Part shown: positions 47,318 through 57,417 of the stretch, piece by piece | Numbering within the stretch: position 1 is the first letter of the stretch | Layout of the letters: each line of letters begins with the position of its first letter | Virus record (IMG/VR): IMGVR_UViG_3300036398_005783 | Reading direction: 5' to 3' (one strand) | Origin: an uncultured virus (IMG/VR IMGVR_UViG_3300036398_005783) | Lineage: Duplodnaviria; Heunggongvirae; Uroviricota; Caudoviricetes | DNA length: 64,000 bases | Notes under the pieces: generated by a model | Databases searched by the model: none | What the model was told of the DNA's origin: nothing | What the model saw: only the letters and a program-made list of their open reading frames with translations | Position numbers and translations under genes: made by a program

Positions 47318-49165
47318 TTAGTTGTTTGGTTTTAATTCAGGTAAAGATTGGCGAAGTTCATTATGAGCATAATCCCATGGAGTAAAGTCATTATCATCTT
47401 TAGCCCCCTTATCCGCTCCAGCATCTATAAGTGCTTTAGCAAGTTCTGGGCGATTATCTATAGCCGCCCGATGCAATGGAGTCTGTTTAGCAGAGTTCTC
47501 CGCATTCAAATCCGCACCAGCATCTATAAGCATCTTAGCGATTTCTGGGTGATTACGTGTAGCCGCCCAATGCAATGGAGTTGATTCCCACCTATTCTCC
47601 GCATTTACATTCGCCCCAGCATCTATAAGCATCTTAGCAATTTCTGAGCGATTATCTATAGCCGCCCGATGCAATGGAGTCCATTTTTCATAGTCCTTCG
47701 CATCCATATCCGCCCCAGCATCTATAAGAAGTTTAGCAACTGCTTCGCTACCAAAACTTGCGGCAAAATGCAAAGGAGTGCGTAAATACTTATTTCTCGC
47801 TTCCTTGTCTGCTCCTTTGTCAAGCCAATATTTTGCTAATCCTATATTATTATACTCAGCCGCAAAATGTAAAGAGGTATAATCAAACTTTATACCATGC
47901 TGAGATTGAAGAATTTCAATCAAATCCCAATTAGGTTCATCCTTTTCTATTTCCCTATAAAACCACTCTTGAAGTTCTTCAGGACTTAAAAATATAAGTT
48001 TATTTACTTGATGAAAAAGTTTAACATCATAGCCAAGTATATCTGACATCTCCCGTTCAGCATTGAAGTTTTCACTTTCAAATTGTTTAGCATCAGGATT
48101 CAGCTCAGGTAAAGATTGACGGAGTTCATCATTAGCATAATCACATGGAGTTTGATTATGTATGTCTTTAACCCCCTTATCTGCCCCAGCATCTATAAGA
48201 AGTTTAGCGACTGCTTCGCTATTATAACTTGCCGCATAATGCAATGGAGTACATAATTCATTATCTTGAGCTTCCTTATCTGCTCCAGCATCTATAAGAA
48301 GTTTAGCGACTGCTTCGCTATTATAACTTGCCGCATAATGCAATGGAGTACGTAAATCCTTATCTCTTGCATCCTTATCCGCCCCAGCATCTATAAGAAG
48401 TTTAGCAACTGCTTCGCTTTCATTCATTGCCGCCCAATGCAAAGGGGTTCGTAAATCCCTATTTTTAGCCCCCTTATCCGCTCCAGCATCTATAAGAAGT
48501 TTAGCGACTGCTTCGCTATTATTACTTGCCGCCAAATGTAAAGGGGTTTGTAAATCCCTATCTTTTGCTTCCTTATCCGCTCTAGCATCTATAAGAAGTT
48601 TAGCAACTGCTTCGCTATCATTAATTGCCGCAAAATGCAAAGGAGTTCGTAAATACTCATTTTGAGCATCTTTATCCGCCCCATTATCTATAAGAAGTTT
48701 AGCAACTGCTTCGCTACCATTAATTGCCGCAAAATGCAAAGGAGTCCATAAACCTTTAGATTGAGCATCCTTATCCGCCCCAGCATCTATAAGAAGTTTA
48801 GCAACTGCTTCGCTATCATGTTCTGCCGCAAAATGTAAAGGAGTTTGTAAATTGTCATCTTCAGCATTCTTATCCGCCCCAGCATCAATCAGAAATTTAG
48901 CAACTGCTCCACTATTATGTTCTGCCGCCCAATGTAAATTCCAACCTCCAAAATCAAACTTTATACCATGCTGAGATTGAAGAATTTCAATCAAATCCAA
49001 ACGGGGTTCTTCCTTTTCCATTTCTTTGTAAAACCATTGCTGAAGTTTTTCAGGTTTTAAAAACAATAACTTATTCACTTGATGAAATAGTTTAACATCA
49101 TAGCCAAGTATATCTGACATCTCCCGTTCAGCATCAAAATTCTCAAAAAGTTTAATGTATTTCAT
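47318..49165 (-). CDS. two-module tagged ankyrin polyprotein
   Basis: Same module as 32524-36555; one internal KQFESENF. Confidence 0.93.
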   Translation of the reverse strand: MKYIKLFENFDAEREMSDILGYDVKLFHQVNKLLFLKPEKLQQWFYKEMEKEEPRLDLIEILQSQHGIKFDFGGWNLHWAAEHNSGAVAKFLIDAGADKNAEDDNLQTPLHFAAEHDSEAVAKLLIDAGADKDAQSKGLWTPLHFAAINGSEAVAKLLIDNGADKDAQNEYLRTPLHFAAINDSEAVAKLLIDARADKEAKDRDLQTPLHLAASNNSEAVAKLLIDAGADKGAKNRDLRTPLHWAAMNESEAVAKLLIDAGADKDARDKDLRTPLHYAASYNSEAVAKLLIDAGADKEAQDNELCTPLHYAASYNSEAVAKLLIDAGADKGVKDIHNQTPCDYANDELRQSLPELNPDAKQFESENFNAEREMSDILGYDVKLFHQVNKLIFLSPEELQEWFYREIEKDEPNWDLIEILQSQHGIKFDYTSLHFAAEYNNIGLAKYWLDKGADKEARNKYLRTPLHFAASFGSEAVAKLLIDAGADMDAKDYEKWTPLHRAAIDNRSEIAKMLIDAGANVNAENRWESTPLHWAATRNHPEIAKMLIDAGADLNAENSAKQTPLHRAAIDNRPELAKALIDAGADKGAKDDNDFTPWDYAHNELRQSLPELKPNN

Positions 49166-49205
49166 CTAATTTAATTTACATTTGTATCTATATATCCTGA
49201 ATATT

Positions 49206-50036
49206 TTATAGAGATGGAATATAACTAAAAATATGAGCTATAACATCCACAGTCCAACTATTTCCCATACATTTTTTTGCTTGATTTTCACTTATAGGAT
49301 TTGTATAACCGATAGGTATTGTTTGCAACAATTCAGCTTCAGTACGAGTTAAATTTCTGTATCCATCTTTTGTTTTAATCCACATATTCCCATTATATGA
49401 ATTTGTTCTAAGGGTTGTTGATTTATCCTTAATTTCTTTTCTATTGTAAGGATCACAATACTTTGGTAAATGTGTGGGTACTCTTAACTCCCAATTTTTA
49501 GGAATTTTGTATTCTTTAATTGAATGGTCTATAATGTGGTCTAATACAATCTCTTTATCTTTTATTTTAGTATCAAATGGTATATTAGTCCAATAAAGTC
49601 TTTTTCTTCGCTGTGCAGAAAATAAAGAACTGCACAATTCAATGGGTTCAATACCCATATAATTTGTGATAACTTCTTTCCATTCTTTCTTCATTTTGAC
49701 ATTTTCAAGAAGAAAATACTTTGGGTTAATTTCTTCTAAAAGTCTGATAAATTCAAAAAATAAAGAACTTCTTGGATCTTGAAAATTCAAACCTTTACCT
49801 ATAAATGAAAATCCTTGACATGGGCTTCCGCCTATTACTACATCAATTTTCGGTAAGTCAGAACCCTTAATCTTTGTTATATCACCTAATTGAATTGTAT
49901 TAGGAAAATTATTTTGGGTAACTTTTATGGCATGTTTATCTATCTCTGAAGCAAAATATGTATCGTATTTAATTTTAGCACGATTAAGTGCTATTTGACC
50001 ACAACTGATACCATCAAAAAGACTTAATACATTCAT
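49206..50036 (-). CDS. C5 cytosine DNA methyltransferase
   Basis: SLFDG, GGSPCQ, LENV, QRRKR, GNSW. Confidence 0.92.
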   Translation of the reverse strand: MNVLSLFDGISCGQIALNRAKIKYDTYFASEIDKHAIKVTQNNFPNTIQLGDITKIKGSDLPKIDVVIGGSPCQGFSFIGKGLNFQDPRSSLFFEFIRLLEEINPKYFLLENVKMKKEWKEVITNYMGIEPIELCSSLFSAQRRKRLYWTNIPFDTKIKDKEIVLDHIIDHSIKEYKIPKNWELRVPTHLPKYCDPYNRKEIKDKSTTLRTNSYNGNMWIKTKDGYRNLTRTEAELLQTIPIGYTNPISENQAKKCMGNSWTVDVIAHIFSYIPSL

Positions 50037-50076
50037 TTATGTTGTAAAGTTAATATAGGTAATTGGATATAATTCT

Positions 50077-50475
50077 TTATTTATCTTTAGCCCGATATTT
50101 TCTCATAGCCAATGTATGTAAAATTTTACATCCTTCACATCTACACCCATTTCTATATGCACTTCTACTTGGGTGTTTCTTTAGATGTTCATTTTTAGGG
50201 GGTGTTATAGTTCCTCTTTTAACACCATTTTGATAATTTTCTTTTGCTGTGACAAGAATCAAATGTTTCGGATTTACACAGAGTTTATTATTGCATTTAT
50301 GAGAAACAAAATAATTTTCTGGTATTTCTCCTTTAAGTTTCATATATGCAAATTTATGAACACTTATTACTTTACCTTCAACTTTTACAGCACCATAACC
50401 ATTTTTACCACGAGTACCGCCAATCCAATTCCAGCACTTTCTTGTTTTTTTTACTTTTGAAAAGAATCGTTCCAT
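50077..50475 (-). CDS. HNH homing endonuclease-like protein
   Basis: CWNW...GYG...H...SHKCNNKLCVNPKHL...EN. Confidence 0.8.
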   Translation of the reverse strand: MERFFSKVKKTRKCWNWIGGTRGKNGYGAVKVEGKVISVHKFAYMKLKGEIPENYFVSHKCNNKLCVNPKHLILVTAKENYQNGVKRGTITPPKNEHLKKHPSRSAYRNGCRCEGCKILHTLAMRKYRAKDK

Positions 50476-50536
50476 TGTTTTGCTATAAAATTTTAGTCAA
50501 AATTTGTTATTTGATTGTATATCAAATACCAACATT

Positions 50537-50998
50537 TCAAGGTTTTAGAATTTGAATAATCGTTTGAAGACCTTCTTCTAATGTAGAAACAACGATATTT
50601 CCGAATGTGAGCATAGCGTGATGATGTGAATTATTTTCTTCCATAACAATAACCACAGGAATTTGAAATGCTCGTGCCCAAGCAATTTCCATAACTGTCC
50701 CTATGCTAATTTTATCTCCTGAACCTGAAAAATTAACAAGGATTGCATCGGAAGTTTTAGTGTCATTGTAATCTCTTACATTGATTCCAATAATTGAGGA
50801 CATTGTATGTTCTGCATAGGAATCCGCTATATTAGATTCTTCAGAAAGATAATGTTTTTCTCTCATAGGAGAGTATCCAAGAATATCATTGTCTTTCAGA
50901 TATTCTTTTGAATATTCTCTCCAATCAGTAACATCATTGTATTTATGACCTGATATAGGTCCAGCCAAATAAACTTTATGATATTTCACAATTATCAC
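50537..50998 (-). CDS. nucleoside 2-deoxyribosyltransferase family protein
   Basis: VYLAGPI...D....D...SIGTVMEIAWA. Confidence 0.85.
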   Translation of the reverse strand: MIIVKYHKVYLAGPISGHKYNDVTDWREYSKEYLKDNDILGYSPMREKHYLSEESNIADSYAEHTMSSIIGINVRDYNDTKTSDAILVNFSGSGDKISIGTVMEIAWARAFQIPVVIVMEENNSHHHAMLTFGNIVVSTLEEGLQTIIQILKP

Positions 50999-51695
50999 CT
51001 ACTTTAGTTTTATAGTGTTTAATATAATCTGGATTGTAAAAAGTCCTAACCTTTTCTTTATCACCAGAAACATGTTTAATCATAATTCCAAGATGGGGAA
51101 TAGATGTTCCTTCAATATAATTGTTGTAAAGAAATTCACGATGGATTTCTTCACTCCATTCTCCTGTATGGAGAATTTCTATATGGGGAATATTCAGAAT
51201 TTGGTCAAAAATTAATTTAGAAGCATCTGGACTTTCAAAGTTTTTTTCTTTGAAAACATCAGTTCCATAAAAGCCAATTTCATTTTCACCATATGTGTAA
51301 ACATCACATATATCTTTGCCATATACAACGCCATAGATTGTAAATTCTTCTTTAATGAAATTTTTACCTAAACTTCTTACGGCATTCCATAAAGTGTTCT
51401 TTATATTTAATTTATTATCAACCTTTTTTAATTTAGAGTCAGCCGATATGTGATACATATCAGTTGGGGATTCTGCATTTTCAATAGATTGGTAATAAGC
51501 AGAATAATACTCATAGTCAATCCATTCATCTGCTAATTTAAATGTCTTTTTAATTTTATCCAATAATGATAATCTTTTCTTTTTACGGATAGAGAATAGA
51601 CAATCTCTTCCACAAATTTTTCTTGTTATTTGTACTTCATCATCGGGAGTAGGGTTATACATATAATCACCTTTTGAATTAATATTTTTTTCCAT
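50976..51695 (-). CDS. degenerate RNA ligase-like protein
   Basis: IYGVVYG..I...YTYG, IPHLGIMIK and NPDY resemble ligase motifs, but the catalytic residues appear replaced. Confidence 0.45.
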   Translation of the reverse strand: MEKNINSKGDYMYNPTPDDEVQITRKICGRDCLFSIRKKKRLSLLDKIKKTFKLADEWIDYEYYSAYYQSIENAESPTDMYHISADSKLKKVDNKLNIKNTLWNAVRSLGKNFIKEEFTIYGVVYGKDICDVYTYGENEIGFYGTDVFKEKNFESPDASKLIFDQILNIPHIEILHTGEWSEEIHREFLYNNYIEGTSIPHLGIMIKHVSGDKEKVRTFYNPDYIKHYKTKVGDNCEIS

Positions 51696-52068
51696 GTAAA
51701 TAAGGTCTTGTTTTATTGTAATTTACTTTTGCATTTATTTGTTTTTCTACATCTATGTTTAGTCTCGCTGATAAATCTAAAAGTCTTAAAATAGCATCTG
51801 CTATTTCATCTTCAAATGTATCTTTTATATGTAATTCAAATGCTTTAGTTTCTCCTAATTCGGAAATGTCTTTGTCAAAGGATTGCCAATTTGAGAATCT
51901 TTCTTTTCTATGAGATTCAAGAGCTTCACCGAGTTCGCTAGTGATAAGCATAAGAAGTTCACCTATATTGTAATTAGGATTATCAAACCCTTTTTCTTTA
52001 TTATTGTTTAATACAATTTTAGATGATTCGTTTAATCCAATACAAATAGTATTTTTATTATCTTTCAT
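51679..52068 (-). CDS. MazG-like NTP pyrophosphohydrolase
   Basis: LITSELGEALE...EDEIADAILRLLD...K..YN..RPY.HGK. Confidence 0.85.
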   Translation of the reverse strand: MKDNKNTICIGLNESSKIVLNNNKEKGFDNPNYNIGELLMLITSELGEALESHRKERFSNWQSFDKDISELGETKAFELHIKDTFEDEIADAILRLLDLSARLNIDVEKQINAKVNYNKTRPYLHGKKY

Positions 52069-52105
52069 TTTGCATCATTTTTAAATTAAAGTCAATTTGA
52101 CTAGT

Positions 52106-52930
52106 TCAATCATTAGTGTAGTTAAATATAACTATTTCTTGACTTTCTTTTGAATTTTTCTTTCGGGCTACCTTTTCATAGTCTAAATCAATAATCTTGT
52201 AGTTAAATCCATAATCAATTAAGTTATAGATTAATTCAGATTCTTTATTATCTTTATGTTTTCCTTTTACCCCACTCAACATAAATGAATGTCCAGAATC
52301 GTGGAGTTTAAGGATATAATCATATAATTTTTTTTCAAAACTCAAAGACCAATATGAGTTATATCCAGCTTCGGTATTGATATATGGCGGATCAAGATAA
52401 ACCATAGTTGGTTTTGTTGGAAAAATCTCATAGAAATTTTTACTTTCAAATTTTATTTTGTCTTTATATTCTTGAATATAATTGACAAATGTATTTACTT
52501 TATTTTCTGTTGAATCGTTCCAAGTTCTTTTTCCAAAGGTTTGATTAAATTCAAATTTTTTATTGAATCTCATCATATTATTTGTGCATGAAAGCATAAG
52601 TGCCCAAAGTTTTTCAGGGCTTTTATTTTGATTGTAGTCTTTTCTCAATTCTAAATAGTAATCTAAATCATCCTTTGATTTAACTATGACTTCTTTTACT
52701 TTTTCTATAAATTCATCAGGATTCTGTATTAGATTTTTGTGAATTAAAACTAAATCAGAAATGACATCATTAATCATTACCTTTTTATATTTTGATGCCA
52801 CATTAGTATAGACAGAACCGCCACCGCAAAATAAATCTATAAAATAATCTTTATTGTAATCAAACAATGGTAGAATTTGAGAGAGTATTTTATACTTATT
52901 TCCAGTATAATTAAAAGGAGTATTAATCAT
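52106..52930 (-). CDS. Dam-family DNA adenine methyltransferase
   Basis: NYTGNK, DLFCGGGSV, RFN..FN..FG, YLDPPY. Confidence 0.92.
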   Translation of the reverse strand: MINTPFNYTGNKYKILSQILPLFDYNKDYFIDLFCGGGSVYTNVASKYKKVMINDVISDLVLIHKNLIQNPDEFIEKVKEVIVKSKDDLDYYLELRKDYNQNKSPEKLWALMLSCTNNMMRFNKKFEFNQTFGKRTWNDSTENKVNTFVNYIQEYKDKIKFESKNFYEIFPTKPTMVYLDPPYINTEAGYNSYWSLSFEKKLYDYILKLHDSGHSFMLSGVKGKHKDNKESELIYNLIDYGFNYKIIDLDYEKVARKKNSKESQEIVIFNYTND

Positions 52931-53722
52931 TTATATTAATCTATAAGGTTGATTCATAATTCTATTAACTGCAATATCATAGTATTTCTTTTCCTTTTCA
53001 ATTCCTATGAATTTACGATTCAATTCTTTAGCACCTAATGGAGTTGTTCCGCTACCCATAGTATTATCTAATACAAACTTATGTTCTTCTGAATATGACT
53101 GAATCAACCACTTTATTAATTCCAATGGTTTTTGTGTTGGGTGTATTTGGTCTTGTCTTCGCCATTGTTGAGGGAAATCTAATATAGTGCTTGGATGTCT
53201 TGTTCCTTCATTTTTTACTTCAACACCACCAATCCCATATTTCATATTATTTGTTTTCATAGGAGTCCAATTTCTTTTATATGGAGTCCCTTTCTCAAAT
53301 TGAGGACTATAGTATGATGCACTTTCACCAAATACCAATATCATTTCATGTTTTTTCATAGGCATATATTTTGCAGTAAGAGGGCTACCGCACTTACTTT
53401 TTTTCCAAACCATATCATATCTAAATAATTTTGGATTACTCAAAGCAAGATTAAAAGCAAATAGACCTGCACCGAACAAAATTATATTTCCCTTTGGGGC
53501 TATTATTCTTTCGTATTCTTTCCATAATTGCGTCATATTTATGACACTATCCCACTTATTAGCAGTCGTTCCATATGGTAAATCTGCTAATATAAGTTGA
53601 ACAGATTTATCAGGAATAAGTGGCATTATTTCTAAACAATCTCCAAGAAATAAAGCATTCTCTCCATTATCTGTATTATATGATAATTCTCTTTCTGAAT
53701 TTTTTATAATTACATCAAGCAT
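52931..53722 (-). CDS. beta-class N6A/N4C DNA methyltransferase
   Basis: GDCLE, ADLPYG, HPTQKP, LDNTMGSGTT. Confidence 0.92.
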   Translation of the reverse strand: MLDVIIKNSERELSYNTDNGENALFLGDCLEIMPLIPDKSVQLILADLPYGTTANKWDSVINMTQLWKEYERIIAPKGNIILFGAGLFAFNLALSNPKLFRYDMVWKKSKCGSPLTAKYMPMKKHEMILVFGESASYYSPQFEKGTPYKRNWTPMKTNNMKYGIGGVEVKNEGTRHPSTILDFPQQWRRQDQIHPTQKPLELIKWLIQSYSEEHKFVLDNTMGSGTTPLGAKELNRKFIGIEKEKKYYDIAVNRIMNQPYRLI

Positions 53723-53755
53723 AATAACAAGATAATAGGGATTAGAATTCTTATA

Positions 53756-54379
53756 TTATAAGATTGAATTAAGAATTTCTTGACACAATTGTTCGGGGAT
53801 TTTACTTCTTTCGTATGAACCTTTTCTACCTTGAGTTCCTGTTCTTGAACCTCTTGGAGCTGGTTGGTGATGGCATTCTTTATTACCATTATGGCAAACA
53901 GGTCTTGGCTTCCACTTTTCAGAATTTGTCCAAATATCTGTAGGTTTAGCTCTATCATCACCATAAGTGCAATACCATATTGTATGCCTTTTATATTTCA
54001 ACATCCACGGCATTTTACGAAGCATTCCACGAGGATTCTCTACGAAAAAAACCATATTAGGATTTAATTTTAACCATTGTTCAATTAGAGATAGGAAGTG
54101 CTGATTTACAATATCACATTTTTTTGCATAATCACTTTTCGGTTCAGTTCCAGTTCTATGTTTGCTAATTGCAGCAATAGTATATGTTGTACAATCTGGA
54201 GAAGCCCAAATTAAATCAGGTATAAATGGAACATCTGAAAGTTTCATATCTTGTACATCACCAACCCAATTGATTTTTTCAAAAGGTTGCCAATCTACAC
54301 TAAATACTTCCATTCCAAGAGATTCTGCTTTATTACCTATTGATCTACTACCAGCAAACAATTCTAAAACTTTTTTCAT
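53756..54379 (-). CDS. short C5 cytosine methyltransferase-like protein
   Basis: MKKVLELFAG, WASPDC, VENP; start moved downstream of the tRNA. Confidence 0.8.
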   Translation of the reverse strand: MKKVLELFAGSRSIGNKAESLGMEVFSVDWQPFEKINWVGDVQDMKLSDVPFIPDLIWASPDCTTYTIAAISKHRTGTEPKSDYAKKCDIVNQHFLSLIEQWLKLNPNMVFFVENPRGMLRKMPWMLKYKRHTIWYCTYGDDRAKPTDIWTNSEKWKPRPVCHNGNKECHHQPAPRGSRTGTQGRKGSYERSKIPEQLCQEILNSIL

Positions 54380-54400
54380 ACAAATACTAACTAAAGTGGG

Positions 54401-54484
54401 TGGGAGCGGCGGGACTTGAACCCGCACACCCTTACGGATCCAGCATTTTAAGTGCTGTGCGTCTGCCGATTTCGCCACGCTCCC
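54401..54484 (-). tRNA. tRNA-Leu(TAA)
   Basis: GGGAGCG/CGCTCCC-A, D arm GGCGAAATCGGCAGACGC, CAGCA-CTTAAAA-TGCTG, long variable arm, GCGGG-TTCAAGT-CCCGC. Confidence 0.93.
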
Positions 54485-54542
54485 AATACATAGATTCTAA
54501 CCAAAAGTTATCTTATCTATGCAAAGATAAACTATATTTATA

Positions 54543-55322
54543 TTACTGCAAAATATTTTTTACTATTCTTGTTTTTTTAACAAGTTCTCCATTTCCTTTT
54601 ACATGCGAATTAACCCATGTATATCCAACAACACTTTCTTTATTGTTTCTATCTTTTCCAATACCATTAATTTTTCTCCAATGACCTCTCACACTCCAAG
54701 AATGACTCCAATCTATTTTTTTATTAGATACACCACTAATTTTATTTCTCAATTTTTTTGGAGCAATGTGAATGACTCTGCGTATCCTTCTGCAAACTTT
54801 TGATTTACCACTACCTAACTTAACAATTTCTCCAGGATTTTCTACACCCCAAGATTCTTGATTTATTCTTTTGATATAAGCATCTGCTATTCTACCATAC
54901 ATGCTAGTTTCATACATCATATAATTTTTATGCTTGAATTTTTTTGTGTTTTCTTCATATTCCATAACTTGATAATATGACCATATTCTAAATAGCTTAG
55001 GTTCAACCTCGTGAATAAGCAATCCTAATGTGAAAAGCAATGATTCACTTTCTTTATGGAAATCACTAGTAAGAGATACAGATTCTTTTTCAGAATCTGA
55101 CATTTCAATCCAAATAGTTTGAAATGGAACATCCAATTCATCTCTATAACCTTCATCACTATGCTTTACACCATCTGCACTAACGCTAAATTTTTCTTTG
55201 AAAGAAGAATCAATACAAAATATTTCAGCATCATTCATTAAAGATAAAACTTCTTTAACATGAGGGACTTTAGAAATTTTATGATTTGAAAGAAATTTAC
55301 AAAAATTCAAATAATGTTTCAT
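54543..55322 (-). CDS. hypothetical phage protein
   Basis: C-terminal H..VRGHWR...WV..H.KG motif. Confidence 0.75.
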   Translation of the reverse strand: MKHYLNFCKFLSNHKISKVPHVKEVLSLMNDAEIFCIDSSFKEKFSVSADGVKHSDEGYRDELDVPFQTIWIEMSDSEKESVSLTSDFHKESESLLFTLGLLIHEVEPKLFRIWSYYQVMEYEENTKKFKHKNYMMYETSMYGRIADAYIKRINQESWGVENPGEIVKLGSGKSKVCRRIRRVIHIAPKKLRNKISGVSNKKIDWSHSWSVRGHWRKINGIGKDRNNKESVVGYTWVNSHVKGNGELVKKTRIVKNILQ

Positions 55323-55552
55323 ATCATATCTCCTTACATAATACCAATTGAAAATTCTGTTTTTTCAATAAACTCATTTACTTTTGAAAGATTATTTTAC
55401 AGGTAAAATAAATCAGCATATCTATTTTTTCATATAGAAACTATCTATTGTGCTTATAATTTTACCTAAAACAAAGATAATAAAAAAATATGAGAATTCC
55501 AAAAAAATCCCAATATAAAATATCGGGATTCAATCAATAGGGCATTTAATCG

Positions 55553-55792
55553 TTATGATTTTCTATTTTGGTTCTTTTCAGGATTAAATTCATCATTGAT
55601 ATTTCCACATTTTACACAAATGCAGGTTTCAATAGGAATGATAATCTCTTCACCATTTGGTGAGACTATTGCTGAAATTTTCTTAAAAAGTAAAACTGGT
55701 TGGAAAATTTTACTTCCACATTCTGAACAAAGAATGTCAGTTGCAAGAGACAAATCAAGAGGAACTCTTTCTTGAGAATTTTGAGTATTCAT
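55553..55792 (-). CDS. small zinc-ribbon protein
   Basis: CSECG...CVKCG. Confidence 0.7.
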   Translation of the reverse strand: MNTQNSQERVPLDLSLATDILCSECGSKIFQPVLLFKKISAIVSPNGEEIIIPIETCICVKCGNINDEFNPEKNQNRKS

Positions 55793-55838
55793 AATGTATG
55801 ATTTCTCTATAATAGTAAAAAAAAATAATGGATATATG

Positions 55839-56138
55839 TTAAAAACTCTTCTTTCCAAATTTAGCATAATTTATAAGATTATCTACATACTTACCTCTAT
55901 ATCCTGTTGATTTACAGACAAATGCACCGCCACCAGGATAAAATTCAATCTTACCATGAATACCATCTACAATAATCAAACTTCCATTGAATTTAGATTC
56001 ATAAACAAGATTAGACTTTTTAATCTTGTTAATGGCGTAATCTTTTCCATTATCAAAGTCTTTTCTTGATATTTCTTTTTTGTTATTATTTCTATATGTT
56101 TCGCCAAAGAAACGAAACGATGAATCATCACTTTTCAT
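55839..56138 (-). CDS. hypothetical protein
   Basis: ORF. Confidence 0.65.
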   Translation of the reverse strand: MKSDDSSFRFFGETYRNNNKKEISRKDFDNGKDYAINKIKKSNLVYESKFNGSLIIVDGIHGKIEFYPGGGAFVCKSTGYRGKYVDNLINYAKFGKKSF

Positions 56139-56183
56139 AATTGAGGGTATTAAATTTATAATATTACAAACAAAAAACTAAAG

Positions 56184-56257
56184 TGGGCCCAGGAGGACTT
56201 GAACCTCCAACCTGCGGATTATGAGTCCGATGCTCTAACCTATTGAGCTATAGGCCC
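56184..56257 (-). tRNA. tRNA with CAT anticodon (Ile2-like; Met not excluded)
   Basis: GGGCCTA/TGGGCCC-A, GCTCAATAGGTTAGAGC, CTCATAA loop, GGAGG-TTCAAGT-CCTCC. Confidence 0.9.
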
Positions 56258-56493
56258 GAGTTCAATAAAAGGACAATCAAAATTATTATATGCAATATAG
56301 CATAAATAACTCACTTTAGCAAATATATTTTGAAATAAAATTCTAATTATACAAATAGAGTTTCTTCTGGTTGGGATGATTTTTTTGATTCAGACTTTTT
56401 TTTGGCAATAATCAAAGTTGCAACAATTACTGCTGTGACTGAAGCGATTTTAAGAATGGTCTTTAAGGAATTTTTCATATATCTATAATAATG

Positions 56494-57384
56494 TTAATCT
56501 ATCTTTGTTAATTTTTTAATAAAATCATTTTTAGTTAAATCATACGGAGTTTTATCGTCTCCATCTTTTATGTCTAATTTAGCCCCAGCATCTACAAGGA
56601 GTTTTGCAATCTCTTCTCTATTTTTTATTGCTGCCCAATGTAATGGAGTACGTAAATACTCATCTTGAGCATCCTTATCTGCTCCAGCATCCAAGAGAAG
56701 TTTTAATATCATCTTACTATCAAATACTACCGCCACATGCAAAGGAGTTAATAAATCATCATCTTTAGCATCCTTATCCGCCCCAGCATCTAAAAGGAGT
56801 TTAGCGACTGCTTCGTTATCCCATTGTGCAACTTTATGTAAAGGGGTGCGTAATCCATCATCTTTAGCATTTTCATCCGCTCCAGCGTCTAAAAGGAGTT
56901 TAGCAACTGCTTCGCTATCATTTCTTGTTGCTAAATGTAAAGGAGTCCTTAACCACTGATCTTCAGCATTTTCATCTGCTCCTTTATCCAAAAGGAGTTT
57001 TGTAATTTCTTCATTGTTATTAAGTGATGCCCAATGTAAAGGGGTTTGTAAATTATCATCTCTAAAATCCTTACCATCCATAGCTTCTAAAAAAAACTTA
57101 ACTCTATCAACATTATTTTGTGAAATGCCTATGAATAATAAGTGTATTTGATTTGATATATCAAATTTTAAGCCAATAGTAGAAAGTGCATATAGTAATT
57201 CATAATTCGGTTCTTCTTTATATAATTCATTTACAAACCAAAAATCTATTTCTTCATCGCTCATTGAATTAAACTTATTAATTTCTGGAATAAGTTTAGG
57301 ATTAAAGCCAAGAAAATCAGATATATCTTTTTGAATATCTAAATTTTCACTTTCAAACAAATTAAATGGTTTTATATATTTCAT
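56494..57384 (-). CDS. tagged ankyrin repeat protein
   Basis: MKYIKPFNLFES; five TPLH repeats with the same framework as the polyproteins. Confidence 0.92.
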   Translation of the reverse strand: MKYIKPFNLFESENLDIQKDISDFLGFNPKLIPEINKFNSMSDEEIDFWFVNELYKEEPNYELLYALSTIGLKFDISNQIHLLFIGISQNNVDRVKFFLEAMDGKDFRDDNLQTPLHWASLNNNEEITKLLLDKGADENAEDQWLRTPLHLATRNDSEAVAKLLLDAGADENAKDDGLRTPLHKVAQWDNEAVAKLLLDAGADKDAKDDDLLTPLHVAVVFDSKMILKLLLDAGADKDAQDEYLRTPLHWAAIKNREEIAKLLVDAGAKLDIKDGDDKTPYDLTKNDFIKKLTKID

Positions 57385-57417
57385 AACTTTTGCATTTTTA
57401 CTACGATTAAGCCGAAA

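Noticed and set aside
32524..49165. Diversity-generating retroelement acting on ankyrin repeats
   Set aside because: No reverse transcriptase or non-coding template in the window, and variation is not clearly limited to adenines; left as an untested possibility
54380..54684. N-terminal extension of ORF 53756-54478 and ORF 54400-54684
   Set aside because: They overlap tRNA-Leu(TAA); the real methyltransferase start is MKKVLELF at 54379
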